Shown here: positions 27,725 to 36,949 of the stretch, in pieces | Position numbering within the stretch: the stretch's first letter is position 1 | How the letters are laid out: each line of letters starts with the position of its first letter | IMG/VR virus record: IMGVR_UViG_3300031456_000001 | Location: 21,080-85,079 of that record | Length of the DNA stretch: 64,000 bases | Direction: 5' to 3' (one strand) | Source: a virus | Translations under genes and position numbers: made by a program | Notes under the pieces: generated by a model | Told to the model about the DNA's origin: nothing | Seen by the model: only the letters and a program-made list of their open reading frames with translations | The model's database searches: none

Positions 27725-28419
27725 TAGCGTTCGTCATCTTCAGGGACCGGGTCAGCTATGCCAGGCGGTGCATCGATGCCCTGTACGATGCCAGGCTCGA
27801 CGTCGTCATCGTCGACCACGACTCGGCGTGGCCGTCGGCGCTGGACCTGCTCGACCGGGCGCGGAGGCTGCCGGCGCTGCACGACGGCACACCGCGGCTG
27901 GTGCGGGATACGAACCGGCATCCCCGGGACCTGTGGCGGCTCGGCGGTCCGATCGGGGCGGCCGTCGGGCCGGGTGAGCGGTTCATCGTCACCGACTGCG
28001 ACGTGGTGCCGGACGAGGGCTGCCCGGGCGACTGGCCGGCGCTGCTCGGCGAGCTGCTCGACCGCTTCCCCAACGTCGCCAAGGCGGGCCTGGGCCTGCG
28101 CATCGACGACCTGCCCGACCACTTCGCCCACAAGGCGCGGGTGATCGAATGGGAGACCGGTGTGCTCGACGGCGTGTACGCGGAGGGCCGGGCGCGCCGC
28201 GGCGACATCGACACCACCCTGGCCATGTACCGGCGGTATGAGCCGTTCGCGCTGGGTCCGGCGCTGCGCACGGTGGCGCCGTACATGGCCCGGCATCTGC
28301 CCTGGTACGAGGACACCGCCAACCCGACACCCGAACAGGCGTTCTACCGCAAGTACGCGGAGTATGGCCACTGGCGTGATCCGGACGGGTACGCCGACAC
28401 GCACAACCTGGAGGCATAA
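27721..28419 (+). CDS. GT-A glycosyltransferase (GT2-like)
   Basis: TTG start; RDR, VIVDHDS, FIVTDCD, IDTT, RHLPWY. Confidence 0.8.
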   Translation: MIAFVIFRDRVSYARRCIDALYDARLDVVIVDHDSAWPSALDLLDRARRLPALHDGTPRLVRDTNRHPRDLWRLGGPIGAAVGPGERFIVTDCDVVPDEGCPGDWPALLGELLDRFPNVAKAGLGLRIDDLPDHFAHKARVIEWETGVLDGVYAEGRARRGDIDTTLAMYRRYEPFALGPALRTVAPYMARHLPWYEDTANPTPEQAFYRKYAEYGHWRDPDGYADTHNLEA

Positions 28420-30131
28420 TGGACGAACAGACGTTCGAATTCACGGAACGCCCTGGCGAGCCGCTCACCCTGGAAGGGGCGGTGTTCGAGGCGCTCGGCG
28501 CGGCCTCGATGTGCTGGACGGAGCCGCCCGCGGGCGTCTTCGACAGCACGCGGGCGATGGTCGTCGGCAACGCGCTGGTCGAGCGCATCCGCCGGGGTGA
28601 CCCTCGCATGACCGTCGAGGAGATCCCGGCCGCACCGGAGCCGGCGAAACTGACCGCGATCCGCTGGCTGCGTAACGGCGACCATCCCGCCGACGGCGAC
28701 ACGTACCCGCGCCTGGAAGGCGCCGTGGTGCGCTTCTTCCGGCACCCCGACTTCCCCGGCGACCAGAAGCACAACGGACCGGGCGGCTGCTGGGAGCGGT
28801 GGCACGACCACGGCTGGATCGACGACGTGCCGGCCGGCATCACCGTCTGCCCCGGCGACCTCGTCGTCGACCTGCCCGACGGCGGCCACGAGGTGCTGAA
28901 GCTGGGCCGGGGCGCCCACCGGGACCGCAACGACCACTACGTGCCAGCCGGACTGAGCTTGGACGGCAAGCCGCAGTTCGTCGAAGTGTCGGAACCGCGC
29001 GAGCTGAACCCGCAGTGGGCCATGGACATGCTGGAGAGCGCCGCGCGCCTCCTGCTGCAGGTGCGCCACGGTGGCCCGGACGTGCCGCCGGAACTACCCG
29101 CCCAGATTGGCCACTGGCTGGGCGAGCACGACCCAGAGGGGTTCAAGGGCTGGTCCGGTCTGCCGCGCCCGGCGAGGACGGCCCGGCTGGCCATGGCCAT
29201 GCCCGACGAGCTGAACCGCGACCAGAACCACTGGTGGTGGGCGGACCTGTCCGCCGACGGCGAAGACGCCGGCACGCACTGGTCGGTGTTCCGCGGCCAC
29301 CGGGTCCAGGTCGATGTGGAGCTGCACACCAGCAACCGGCGCGAGGTCAACGACTGGAAGGGCCGCGACGAGATCCGGGCCGGCGGCGAATGGTCGATCA
29401 AGCTGAACCGGCAGCAGGTCTACGACGGGTACATCGGACTGGACGTGCCGGCGACACTGCGGAAGATCGCCGACAAGGTCGAGGCGCTCATCGGCGACAA
29501 CACGGGCGGGGGCTGCCCCGGTTTCGACCTGGCCGACCCGACACCGTTCGAGGAGCAGCTGACGGGCCGGCGGGTCTACTACCGCGACACCCCCGCCGTG
29601 GTCAGCTCGGCGTCGGTGCTGCACCAGGGCTGCGTCATGCTGAAGCCGGTGGGCGGCTTCAGCGCGTTCCCCCGGCAGGGGTATGACCTGGACCGGGAAC
29701 CGGACGGCACCGGCCACGGCGAGCAGGACTCGTATGACGAGTTCGAGGCCCGTGAGGTGAAGGTCGAGATCGACAGCCCGCACATCTGGTGGTGGCGGGA
29801 CCGGCCGTACAGCGCGGACGAAACGGACGGGCGCTACCGCCCGAGACGGAACAGGGAGGCCAAGATGGAGGCGAAGGAGCAAGGCGAGCCGCAGGAGGCG
29901 CCGGAGTTCAACCCGGCGTCGGGTAACCCGGTGCCGGAGGATATGCGGCCCGGCCAGAAGTCGCCGTGGAAGCCGCTCACGGCTGGCGGATCGATGTACG
30001 TGGCGCCGCTCGGAACCGAGGTGCCGGACGTGGTCTTCCAACCGCTGCCGCCGGTCGACGACGAGCAGGCCGGGCAGGCGCGTGAGTCGGTACCGGTCGA
30101 GGCTGGCGACGACGAGGGCGACGACAGCTAG
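28419..30131 (+). CDS. Hypothetical multidomain protein
   Basis: 570 aa; GGAGG RBS; last gene of the rightward arm. Confidence 0.75.
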   Translation: MDEQTFEFTERPGEPLTLEGAVFEALGAASMCWTEPPAGVFDSTRAMVVGNALVERIRRGDPRMTVEEIPAAPEPAKLTAIRWLRNGDHPADGDTYPRLEGAVVRFFRHPDFPGDQKHNGPGGCWERWHDHGWIDDVPAGITVCPGDLVVDLPDGGHEVLKLGRGAHRDRNDHYVPAGLSLDGKPQFVEVSEPRELNPQWAMDMLESAARLLLQVRHGGPDVPPELPAQIGHWLGEHDPEGFKGWSGLPRPARTARLAMAMPDELNRDQNHWWWADLSADGEDAGTHWSVFRGHRVQVDVELHTSNRREVNDWKGRDEIRAGGEWSIKLNRQQVYDGYIGLDVPATLRKIADKVEALIGDNTGGGCPGFDLADPTPFEEQLTGRRVYYRDTPAVVSSASVLHQGCVMLKPVGGFSAFPRQGYDLDREPDGTGHGEQDSYDEFEAREVKVEIDSPHIWWWRDRPYSADETDGRYRPRRNREAKMEAKEQGEPQEAPEFNPASGNPVPEDMRPGQKSPWKPLTAGGSMYVAPLGTEVPDVVFQPLPPVDDEQAGQARESVPVEAGDDEGDDS

Positions 30132-30274
30132 GCAGCCCCGACGATGAGGCCGGCGACGGTGAAGGCGAGCCCCGCGGCGAGCAGGTTGAAGCGGGGCGCG
30201 CCGACACCCGGGGCGAACGTGGCGACGCCGAAGAGTACGACGGCGACGATCCAGAGCACGAGCTGCAGTGTCAT
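30128..30274 (-). CDS. Small two-TM membrane protein (48 aa)
   Basis: MTLQLVLWIVAVVLFGVATF...LLAAGLAFTVAGLIV; stop overlaps the convergent stop. Confidence 0.6.
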   Translation of the reverse strand: MTLQLVLWIVAVVLFGVATFAPGVGAPRFNLLAAGLAFTVAGLIVGAA

Positions 30275-30376
30275 GCCCTGGTGGTACCCCGCGGGCGGCC
30301 GGGCCTACCCGGCGACCGCGGCAACAGGGAACACCCCCACCGACGCCCGGCGGGGGTATTTGGCTGGTGGGGCCGC

Positions 30377-30784
30377 TCAGACGGCCTCGTACTGCCAGAT
30401 CGGGTGACGGACGATTTCGCCCCGCTCGGTCCGGCGACGGTCGTTGTCGTTCTGGTAGGCGGCACGCTCGGTGCGACGGTCGTCACCCCACCCGTTCAGC
30501 TCGACGTATTCGGCGGTGACGTAGAGGGCGCCGTGCGGCTGCCACGTAAACACATCGCTGGTGACCCGGATGATGTAGCCGCTCGACGCGTGCCGCAGGA
30601 GCGCGCCGACGCGGACGGCGGGAAGTACGGCCTGCTCCTTGGCAACTCGCTGCGCGTCCCAGTAGGCGAGGACCGCGGTCAGCAGCCGCTCACCGGTCAT
30701 CTTGGAGCGGAGCGGGATCTTGTATTCGGTGGCGTAGCGGCGAAGTTCGGTGATGCTGTAGTTGCCGAACAGCGTGCGGGCCAT
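30377..30784 (-). CDS. Protein with N-terminal Rho_N/HeH-like motif
   Basis: YSITELRRYATEYKIPLRSKMTGERLLTAV; GGAGG RBS; follows a promoter cassette. Confidence 0.65.
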   Translation of the reverse strand: MARTLFGNYSITELRRYATEYKIPLRSKMTGERLLTAVLAYWDAQRVAKEQAVLPAVRVGALLRHASSGYIIRVTSDVFTWQPHGALYVTAEYVELNGWGDDRRTERAAYQNDNDRRRTERGEIVRHPIWQYEAV

Positions 30785-30828
30785 GACTGCCTCCGGGTGT
30801 CCGGCGGGCCGTTCCCGCCAACAAGGCA

Positions 30829-30858
30829 AGAATAGCAAACTGTCACACGACGTGTCAA
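30829..30858 (-). promoter_or_regulatory. Repeated promoter/operator cassette
   Basis: TTGACA-CGTCGTGTGACAGTTTGC-TATTCT. Confidence 0.8.
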
Positions 30859-31068
30859 CTACCGGCGGCGGCCGCGGGCCTTGCGGGTGCGGGCGGCCTT
30901 GCGGGCCATGCGGACGCGCTGGCCGTGGAAGCGGCCGGCGTTCGAGATCCGGGCGGCCTTGCTCTTGCTGGCGCCCTTGCGGCGCAACGCCTTGTACACC
31001 CGCTGCCGGGAGGGATAGACGAATCCATATCTCCCGCCACGCGCACTGACCACGGTGACCACCTCCAC
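30859..31068 (-). CDS. Small, very basic protein
   Basis: VYKALRRKGASKSKAARISNA; actual start probably near 31053. Confidence 0.6.
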   Translation of the reverse strand: MEVVTVVSARGGRYGFVYPSRQRVYKALRRKGASKSKAARISNAGRFHGQRVRMARKAARTRKARGRRR

Positions 31069-31089
31069 CGTCGAGGGTACCCAGCAGGA

Positions 31090-31123
31090 AGCCCCCGGTC
31101 ACTCCCTTCGGAGGCCGGGGGCT
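31090..31123 (-). terminator. Putative intrinsic terminator
   Basis: AGCCCCCGG...CCGGGGGCT hairpin. Confidence 0.55.
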
Positions 31124-31133
31124 CACGTGCAGG

Positions 31134-31286
31134 TCAGAGGACGATGAACGACCCGCGCCACTCATCCCAGGAGATCGAGTCGACGATGCCGGACCCGGAG
31201 ATCACGATCCGGTCGCCGTCGAGGCCGATCACCTCGAAGTCGAGGCCGACCCAGATGCTGCGGATGATGCTGCCGATGCGGATCAT
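31134..31286 (-). CDS. Small hypothetical protein (50 aa)
   Basis: MIRIGSIIRSIWVGLDFEVIGLDGDRIVISG; sits between a promoter cassette and a terminator. Confidence 0.65.
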   Translation of the reverse strand: MIRIGSIIRSIWVGLDFEVIGLDGDRIVISGSGIVDSISWDEWRGSFIVL

Positions 31287-31315
31287 GTCCGGCCCCTCTC
31301 GTTGGTGGAGAACCC

Positions 31316-31345
31316 AACCTAGCAGACTGTCACGTCACGTGTCAA
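31316..31345 (-). promoter_or_regulatory. Repeated promoter/operator cassette
   Basis: TTGACA-CGTGACGTGACAGTCTGC-TAGGTT. Confidence 0.8.
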
Positions 31346-31712
31346 TTATGCACAGCCTGTCGACGCCTCGCAGGTCGAGGCTGTAGCACAGCTCCAGTTC
31401 CTTCAGGTCGTGGATGTCGACCTCCATCCAGGCCAGGCCGCCGTAGATCCGTAGCTGCTCGCCGTGGATCCGAACCTCGACCGGCTGGTCGGCGGCCGGG
31501 GCCAGGCCGGCGGCGATGAGCGCCTGCAGGCGTCGCATCTGCCGGGCGGTGCAGTGCGGTACCCGGATGCGCCAACTCCGATGCGGCACCGTCCAGACCG
31601 GACCGACGTCCCCGACGACCGACATTCCCTCAGGTTCGTCGATGTCGAGGGTGGCGACGAGGGGGCCGATGTCGTTGATCGAGACGAGGGCGTCGCCTTC
31701 CATCCGGCTCAC
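31335..31712 (-). CDS. Hypothetical protein
   Basis: GTGA-coupled to a 28-aa TM ORF at 31709-31795; stop lies inside the cassette. Confidence 0.55.
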   Translation of the reverse strand: MSRMEGDALVSINDIGPLVATLDIDEPEGMSVVGDVGPVWTVPHRSWRIRVPHCTARQMRRLQALIAAGLAPAADQPVEVRIHGEQLRIYGGLAWMEVDIHDLKELELCYSLDLRGVDRLCIIDT

Positions 31713-31794
31713 CAGGTGCCTGCCCGGTGCCCGACGACCGCCACGAACAGGGCGGCCAGGGCCAGGATGACCAGAACGGCCAGGATGCCGCGCA

Positions 31795-32475
31795 TCAGGC
31801 CCGCACCCCCGGCGGCAGCTCCAGCTTGTCGAGGGCCTTGCGGTGTTTCGCGGGCAGCTCGACGAGCGGCTCACCGAGCAGTTCGCAGCCCAGCGCCATC
31901 AGGGCGACCGCGTCGGCCTTGTTGTCGTCGTACGTGGTCAGCACCTTGCCGGCCTTGCTCGTCCTGTGGATCTCGAAGGCGGGGAACCACTCGGCGATCC
32001 CCGCGATGACCTCGCGCTTGTTGGCGTTGCCCATGCCGCAGGCGTAGAGCTTCACCACGGACGGCTGCACGACCAGTATCGGCACGCCGTGCACGGTAAG
32101 CAGGTGGACAACCCGCCACCACACGTGACAGCGCTCCGGGTCGACGCTGGTACGTGCCGACGGCAACGCCTCGACGAGCACCAGCCGGGGCGGGTCTGTG
32201 GCGCCGGGCGGGCCGCTGCCGACCCAGTTGGCCAGGGTGACCGCGAGGTCTTCGAGTCCTGCGGCGCGCTGTGCTTCGGCGATCCGGTCGTTGGTGAGTC
32301 CTGCCGCACCGCGGGTGCCGACGGTGCCGTCGGGCCAGGCGAGTGCGGTTGCGGTGAGGGACAGGTCGAGGCCGCCGACATCGGGCAGGGTGGTCGGGGG
32401 TGCGGTCACGGGTTGCCTCCTGGGTGGTACGGGAGCGGCCCGCCCGGCGGTTGCCGGGCGGGCATTGTCGATCAT
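31795..32475 (-). CDS. RuvC-like Holliday junction resolvase
   Basis: GLDLSLTAT, VLVE, PSVVKLYACGMGNANK, DDNKADA. Confidence 0.88.
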   Translation of the reverse strand: MIDNARPATAGRAAPVPPRRQPVTAPPTTLPDVGGLDLSLTATALAWPDGTVGTRGAAGLTNDRIAEAQRAAGLEDLAVTLANWVGSGPPGATDPPRLVLVEALPSARTSVDPERCHVWWRVVHLLTVHGVPILVVQPSVVKLYACGMGNANKREVIAGIAEWFPAFEIHRTSKAGKVLTTYDDNKADAVALMALGCELLGEPLVELPAKHRKALDKLELPPGVRA

Positions 32476-32711
32476 GCCTGGCCTACGTGCCAGAGCTGGC
32501 AGATGCCGCACCGATAGGCGTTCAGCGTGGTGTTTCCGGAGCGCATCTTGTCGGCGCCGGTGCGCAGGATCTGCCGGGCGTGGCCCCTGGCCTGCCACTC
32601 CGCGGCGTGGCCGATCTTGGGCTTGCCGCCCGTGGAGTAGTGCTGGCGCGGATCCTGCGGCAGCAGGCATTCCCTGCAGACGCATTTCGGTCCGTGTGGG
32701 TCTCGACTCAT
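32472..32711 (-). CDS. Small Zn-binding protein
   Basis: AYRCGICQLWHVG; ATGA-coupled. Confidence 0.65.
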   Translation of the reverse strand: MSRDPHGPKCVCRECLLPQDPRQHYSTGGKPKIGHAAEWQARGHARQILRTGADKMRSGNTTLNAYRCGICQLWHVGQA

Positions 32712-33904
32712 CGGCGTTCCCGCAGCGCCGCCTCGATGCGATCGAAGCTCTCCTCGGCCTCTCCCGGGGGAAAGCTCACGGGCAGCGAACGGCACATGCT
32801 GAGCATCCATCGGCGCAGCTTGTCCACGTCGGCCAGCGCGACGGCGGCGCGATCGCTGATGCCGTTGCGCGCCTCGGCGGGGGTGCCCGTGTGCTCGGCG
32901 GCGTTCTGGCCACAGCGCGGGCACAACTCGATCTCGGCGACCCACGGCCGCCCGCAGGTGCGCGCCTCGGCGGGGGTGGTGGGCTGGTCGTCGAGATCAC
33001 TATCGGGGGCGCCGGAGATGATGCTCGCGCCGTAGCCACCGCAGTCGTTCATCGTATCGGTGCCGAACGTGTCGATCACGTCCCGTCGATGCGCCGGAGT
33101 CATCGCGTTCCACTCGGTCCGCGGGATCTCCATGCGCTCGGTCGTCTCGATCATCTGCTCGACGTGCGCTTCGATGATCACCGGCTCGTTGTTCTCGGCG
33201 GGGGTGGTGGGCGGGTACGGGTAGGGCTCTTCGCCCTTGGCGAATTTGGCCAGCTCGGCGCGCAGTCCGGTCGCGTAGGCGTTGTACTCGGGAGTTCCTG
33301 GCGGGAACGTGGGCGCGGCGAGCATGCCATCCGGCTGGCCCCAACCCTGCTCCCCATCGTCCGGCCCGCCCCAGCGGCCATCGACGGCGCGGGCATGGGC
33401 CGCATCACGTTCGATGCGAGCGTCCCGCTCGTTGTATGCCTCGACCAGCGCCTTTGCCCTGTCGCGATCGGCCGTCTCACCGGAGGCGACCAGCTCGAAC
33501 GCCGGCACCGCGGCGGCCATATCCTGATCGCCCGCGGCCTTGACTGCCGCGCAGAGCCTGCGGTGCGTGTCGTTGATGACCTCGGTGCGCCGCGCGTCCA
33601 TGTCCAGCGCCTCGGCATACGCCCGGTCAATCTCACCGCTGCACGCCTCGTCCCACACCTGGGCGGGCGTCGTCGCTACCTGGTGGACGCCGTGACTGCG
33701 CTTCGCCTCACGCAGGATGCCGCGGTCCATCAGGGCGACCACGGTGTTGACGCCGGTGCCGCGCCCGCAATCGCGCACCGGATCGACGTTCCCGTGCTGG
33801 TTCAGCGCACGCACCAGGCGCTGCATCGCGGGGGACAGCTTCACCTCGCGGTCCAGGACGTGGGAGAAGGTGTAGCCACGATCGTCGATCGGGAAGTTCG
33901 GCAT
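32708..33904 (-). CDS. Hypothetical protein
   Basis: 398 aa; driven by a promoter and leader cassette. Confidence 0.75.
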   Translation of the reverse strand: MPNFPIDDRGYTFSHVLDREVKLSPAMQRLVRALNQHGNVDPVRDCGRGTGVNTVVALMDRGILREAKRSHGVHQVATTPAQVWDEACSGEIDRAYAEALDMDARRTEVINDTHRRLCAAVKAAGDQDMAAAVPAFELVASGETADRDRAKALVEAYNERDARIERDAAHARAVDGRWGGPDDGEQGWGQPDGMLAAPTFPPGTPEYNAYATGLRAELAKFAKGEEPYPYPPTTPAENNEPVIIEAHVEQMIETTERMEIPRTEWNAMTPAHRRDVIDTFGTDTMNDCGGYGASIISGAPDSDLDDQPTTPAEARTCGRPWVAEIELCPRCGQNAAEHTGTPAEARNGISDRAAVALADVDKLRRWMLSMCRSLPVSFPPGEAEESFDRIEAALRERR

Positions 33905-33964
33905 CTGGGGCCTCCTCGTTGGTGGAGACCCCAGACTAGCAAACTGTCACGCGACGTGTCAACT
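33900..33964 (-). promoter_or_regulatory. Promoter, leader and RBS cassette (direct repeat of 55122-55186)
   Basis: TTGACA-N18-TAGTCT...CCACCAACGAGGAGGCCCCAGATG; 2 mismatches in 65 bp. Confidence 0.88.
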
Positions 33965-34052
33965 GTCGTGGGCTGGTGCCGGGAAGGCGAGTCGATCCGG
34001 GTGGGCTGGACGGGAAAGTCGGCTCGGTCAGCAACGCGGTTGGGCCGGATAG

Positions 34053-34373
34053 TCAGCCGGTCGACGGCGGCAGTGGGCTGACCACGCCGGTCTCGGCGGC
34101 CTGTGCGGCCCGCTCGTCGGCAACATCCTTCGGCACCAGCGGCACGCCGCGGTCATCCTGCGGCGCCGCCGTCGGCGTCGTCACCGACTGCACGTAGAAC
34201 GCCCAGGCACCGCCGACGACCGCCCAGGCGAGGGCGACGATCGCGACCGCCTTCACCGGGATCAGGTCGACGGCGCCGGCACCGCCGAGGAATGCGAGCA
34301 CGGCGGTGTTGAGCACGCCGTAGAACAGCACCGGCCGCGGGCGGCTACCGGCCGGGGAAGGGGAGTTCGACAC
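34053..34373 (-). CDS. Putative holin
   Basis: Two TM helices followed by VTTP..AP; located in the lysis module. Confidence 0.6.
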   Translation of the reverse strand: MSNSPSPAGSRPRPVLFYGVLNTAVLAFLGGAGAVDLIPVKAVAIVALAWAVVGGAWAFYVQSVTTPTAAPQDDRGVPLVPKDVADERAAQAAETGVVSPLPPSTG

Positions 34374-34458
34374 GAGGGGCCTCCAGTGGTGGGGGTACTG
34401 CACGGTGGGGGTGGGCGGTGCTCGGGTAGTCGCCCAGGACAGGGATGTCGAGCCTAGA

Positions 34459-34911
34459 TCAGTCGGTTTCCGTGCGGTTGGCCTGGCGCTCCCCCAGCAC
34501 CTGCAGCCGGTACCGCCACCATACGATCCCGGCGAGTAGAACGGAACACAGGCAGAGCGTCTCCTCCAGGCCCGGCCAGGCACCGAACACCCGTCGCGAC
34601 AGCGCCAGGGTGAACAGCAGCTCCAGGCACACCATGAACGCCATCACGTGCCGGCCCCACGGATGCGCCCGCCAGTCGGTGCGCACGTAACGTGCCAGGA
34701 ATGCCAGGCCGCCTACGTCGGCGGCCACGTATGCGGCGAGCGTGATGGCCTCCAGCCACGGATGCAGCAGGTGTGCCACGGCCAGGCCGACCACGGCGAG
34801 GACGGCGGCCACCGCGGCGAGGCGCAGATCCCGCCCCCGCGAGGAGGCGCGGTGCCCGCGCGGCAGCACCGCCGGTGGATCGGCGGCCGTCGGTTCCGGG
34901 CCTGTGTTCAT
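34459..34911 (-). CDS. Multi-TM membrane protein (holin-like)
   Basis: About four TM segments; lysis module. Confidence 0.6.
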   Translation of the reverse strand: MNTGPEPTAADPPAVLPRGHRASSRGRDLRLAAVAAVLAVVGLAVAHLLHPWLEAITLAAYVAADVGGLAFLARYVRTDWRAHPWGRHVMAFMVCLELLFTLALSRRVFGAWPGLEETLCLCSVLLAGIVWWRYRLQVLGERQANRTETD

Positions 34912-34917
34912 GTGCGT

Positions 34918-35169
34918 CTATCCTTTGGGGTGGTGCGCGGACCGGGCCGGGCGGGTGGTGAACAGCTGTTCCATCGACTCCGAGAAGTGGTTGCGTCGGT
35001 ACGCCTCGCGCAGCGAGTCGGCGACCCTGGCGGTGCGCTGCACCGCTGTGCGCGCCTCCCCGAGGTCGACGGTAGCGCGCTCGATCGCGTCGAGGGCGCG
35101 CTGCCGGTCGGCCTGCACCCGCTCCGATTCCCACGGCGGCCAGCCCCAACGCCATGGCATCGCGGTCAC
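34918..35169 (-). CDS. Hypothetical lysis-module protein
   Basis: 83 aa; RRNHFSE motif; coupled. Confidence 0.65.
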   Translation of the reverse strand: MTAMPWRWGWPPWESERVQADRQRALDAIERATVDLGEARTAVQRTARVADSLREAYRRNHFSESMEQLFTTRPARSAHHPKG

Positions 35170-35468
35170 TCCCCGCCGGACTGGGCGGCGGCCGGGCGCC
35201 GGGGTGGCCGGCGCGGCGACTGCGGCAGGGCCTTGACGAACGCCTCGAAGGTCTCCATGGAGTCAGTCTGCCTTCCGAGCTGCTCCAGGGTGAGCCTGGA
35301 GCGCTCACGTTCGATGTCGAGCGCTTTCACGGTGGCCTCGTGGGTCCGCTGGGGGACGAGGCGTCCCGTGTACACCATGCGCGCCACGTAGAACGTGACC
35401 CAGAAGGCGACCGCCCAGCCGCTGCCGTCGAGCACCCCGCCGAGCGGCACCGCCGTCAGAAATTCCAC
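35166..35468 (-). CDS. Membrane protein with coiled coil
   Basis: One TM helix, then GRLVP; follows the lysin. Confidence 0.65.
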   Translation of the reverse strand: MEFLTAVPLGGVLDGSGWAVAFWVTFYVARMVYTGRLVPQRTHEATVKALDIERERSRLTLEQLGRQTDSMETFEAFVKALPQSPRRPPRRPAAAQSGGE

Positions 35469-35580
35469 GGAGCCCCCGCTCTTTGCCACCCTGCAACGAT
35501 TCCCGGATCTTGAGCCAGGGTACCGGCCGACCTGCCGGGTAACCAGCACAGCCGGACCGGAGCCCTTACTCAACCTCCGA

Positions 35581-36378
35581 TCAGGAATCCTCGGAGAGGT
35601 TGGCGCCCTTGTATGCCGCGTCGACCAGTACGGCGCGGACCGCCGGGGTCTGCAGGGCGGCCAGCACGGCGGTGTTGAGCGCATCCTGGGAGACCTGGCC
35701 CGCCTGGATGGCATCGACCTTGGCCGTCAACGCGCTGAGATCGATCAGCGCCTGCTGCACCCCCCGCATCAGGAGGTCGGCTCGCGAGCCGACCGGCGGC
35801 GGGTTCTTGGTCGTCGCACCGGGGGCGCCGTACCACCAGTCCCGCTCGTTGGAGACGTCGGCGAACACGTCACCCACCGTGTTGCCCTTGCTCTGGTTGC
35901 CCTTGACCTGCTCGGCCTGTTCCATGTCGCCTCCGATGGTCGGCCACGGCTGCGTGCCGTCGGCCCTGCTGTCCCCGACCACCGACAGGTGGCCGTGCGT
36001 GAAGTGCCTGTCGCTGCCGCCGTACGGCCGCCACGTCCAGGCTGGATACGTGTGGCCGTTCTCGGTGACCTGGTGGTTGCTGAAGATCTCCCCGTTGGAG
36101 ATCCCGTACTTCGCCCGCGCGTCCCGGGCCCGACGGATGTCGTCGAGCACCCGGTGTGCGTCGAGCCCGAGATCCGGCCGGTTCGGGAAGTCGGCCGCGG
36201 TGACGATGTCGTTGCCCCAGCCGGGGAAGTCGTGCGGGGTGTGGTCACTCATCGGATCGTGCGCGGCGTCGCCGAGCATGCCCCACGCGTCGACCGCTGT
36301 TGCCGGCGGCGCGGCGCGCGACCCGGCCTTGAGCTGTCTGTGCCACACCGGTAGGGATGCTGCCGGCCTCCATGCCAT
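35581..36378 (-). CDS. Endolysin, M15-like Zn peptidase
   Basis: GDAAH..SDH...AAD...Y.I...WRPYGG..RHFTHGHLS; lies between tail and holin genes. Confidence 0.75.
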   Translation of the reverse strand: MAWRPAASLPVWHRQLKAGSRAAPPATAVDAWGMLGDAAHDPMSDHTPHDFPGWGNDIVTAADFPNRPDLGLDAHRVLDDIRRARDARAKYGISNGEIFSNHQVTENGHTYPAWTWRPYGGSDRHFTHGHLSVVGDSRADGTQPWPTIGGDMEQAEQVKGNQSKGNTVGDVFADVSNERDWWYGAPGATTKNPPPVGSRADLLMRGVQQALIDLSALTAKVDAIQAGQVSQDALNTAVLAALQTPAVRAVLVDAAYKGANLSEDS

Positions 36379-36409
36379 GGGTTGCCTCCTGTTCGTGGTG
36401 GTGCTGCAG

Positions 36410-36940
36410 CTATTGTGCGCCGAACATGATGGTGATCTTGCGTCGGTTGAACGTCCCCGTCGATGCCGTGTTGACGCGATACACGATGCAGGCGTTGTAG
36501 GCACTGCCCGGGGTGAGGCCGGTGACCAGGTCGTGACCGCCGTGCTGGCCCTGCTGGCCGGCACTGTCGGACTGGAAGGTCGAGGCGATGTTCTCGTCCG
36601 AGGGCCGGAACACCGAGCCGGATCCGACAGTGCTGCCGGTCTTCACCTCGAATTCAATGATGGTGAATGCGCCAGCGGTGCCGTTGCGGCCGCTGGCCTG
36701 ATAGAGCACGACGACGCTGCCGGTCGCCGGGGCGACGAACGCGATGCCGCAGATCAACGTGGTGGTCAGCGAGTTGGTAAATGTCGTGCTCGTCGTCGTG
36801 CCGTCGGTGATCGCCGAGTCCTTCTGGCGGGTCGTCGTCGAGCTGGCCTGGTCGTTGACGGCCTCGGTGATGTCGGACACCCACTCGGGGCTGACCACTC
36901 CGCCCTCGCCGGGGCCGATGATCGGGAATGCCACGGTCAC
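36410..36940 (-). CDS. Minor tail protein
   Basis: Thr/Ser-rich beta protein at the end of the tail module. Confidence 0.7.
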   Translation of the reverse strand: MTVAFPIIGPGEGGVVSPEWVSDITEAVNDQASSTTTRQKDSAITDGTTTSTTFTNSLTTTLICGIAFVAPATGSVVVLYQASGRNGTAGAFTIIEFEVKTGSTVGSGSVFRPSDENIASTFQSDSAGQQGQHGGHDLVTGLTPGSAYNACIVYRVNTASTGTFNRRKITIMFGAQ

Positions 36941-36949
36941 GGCCGTCTC

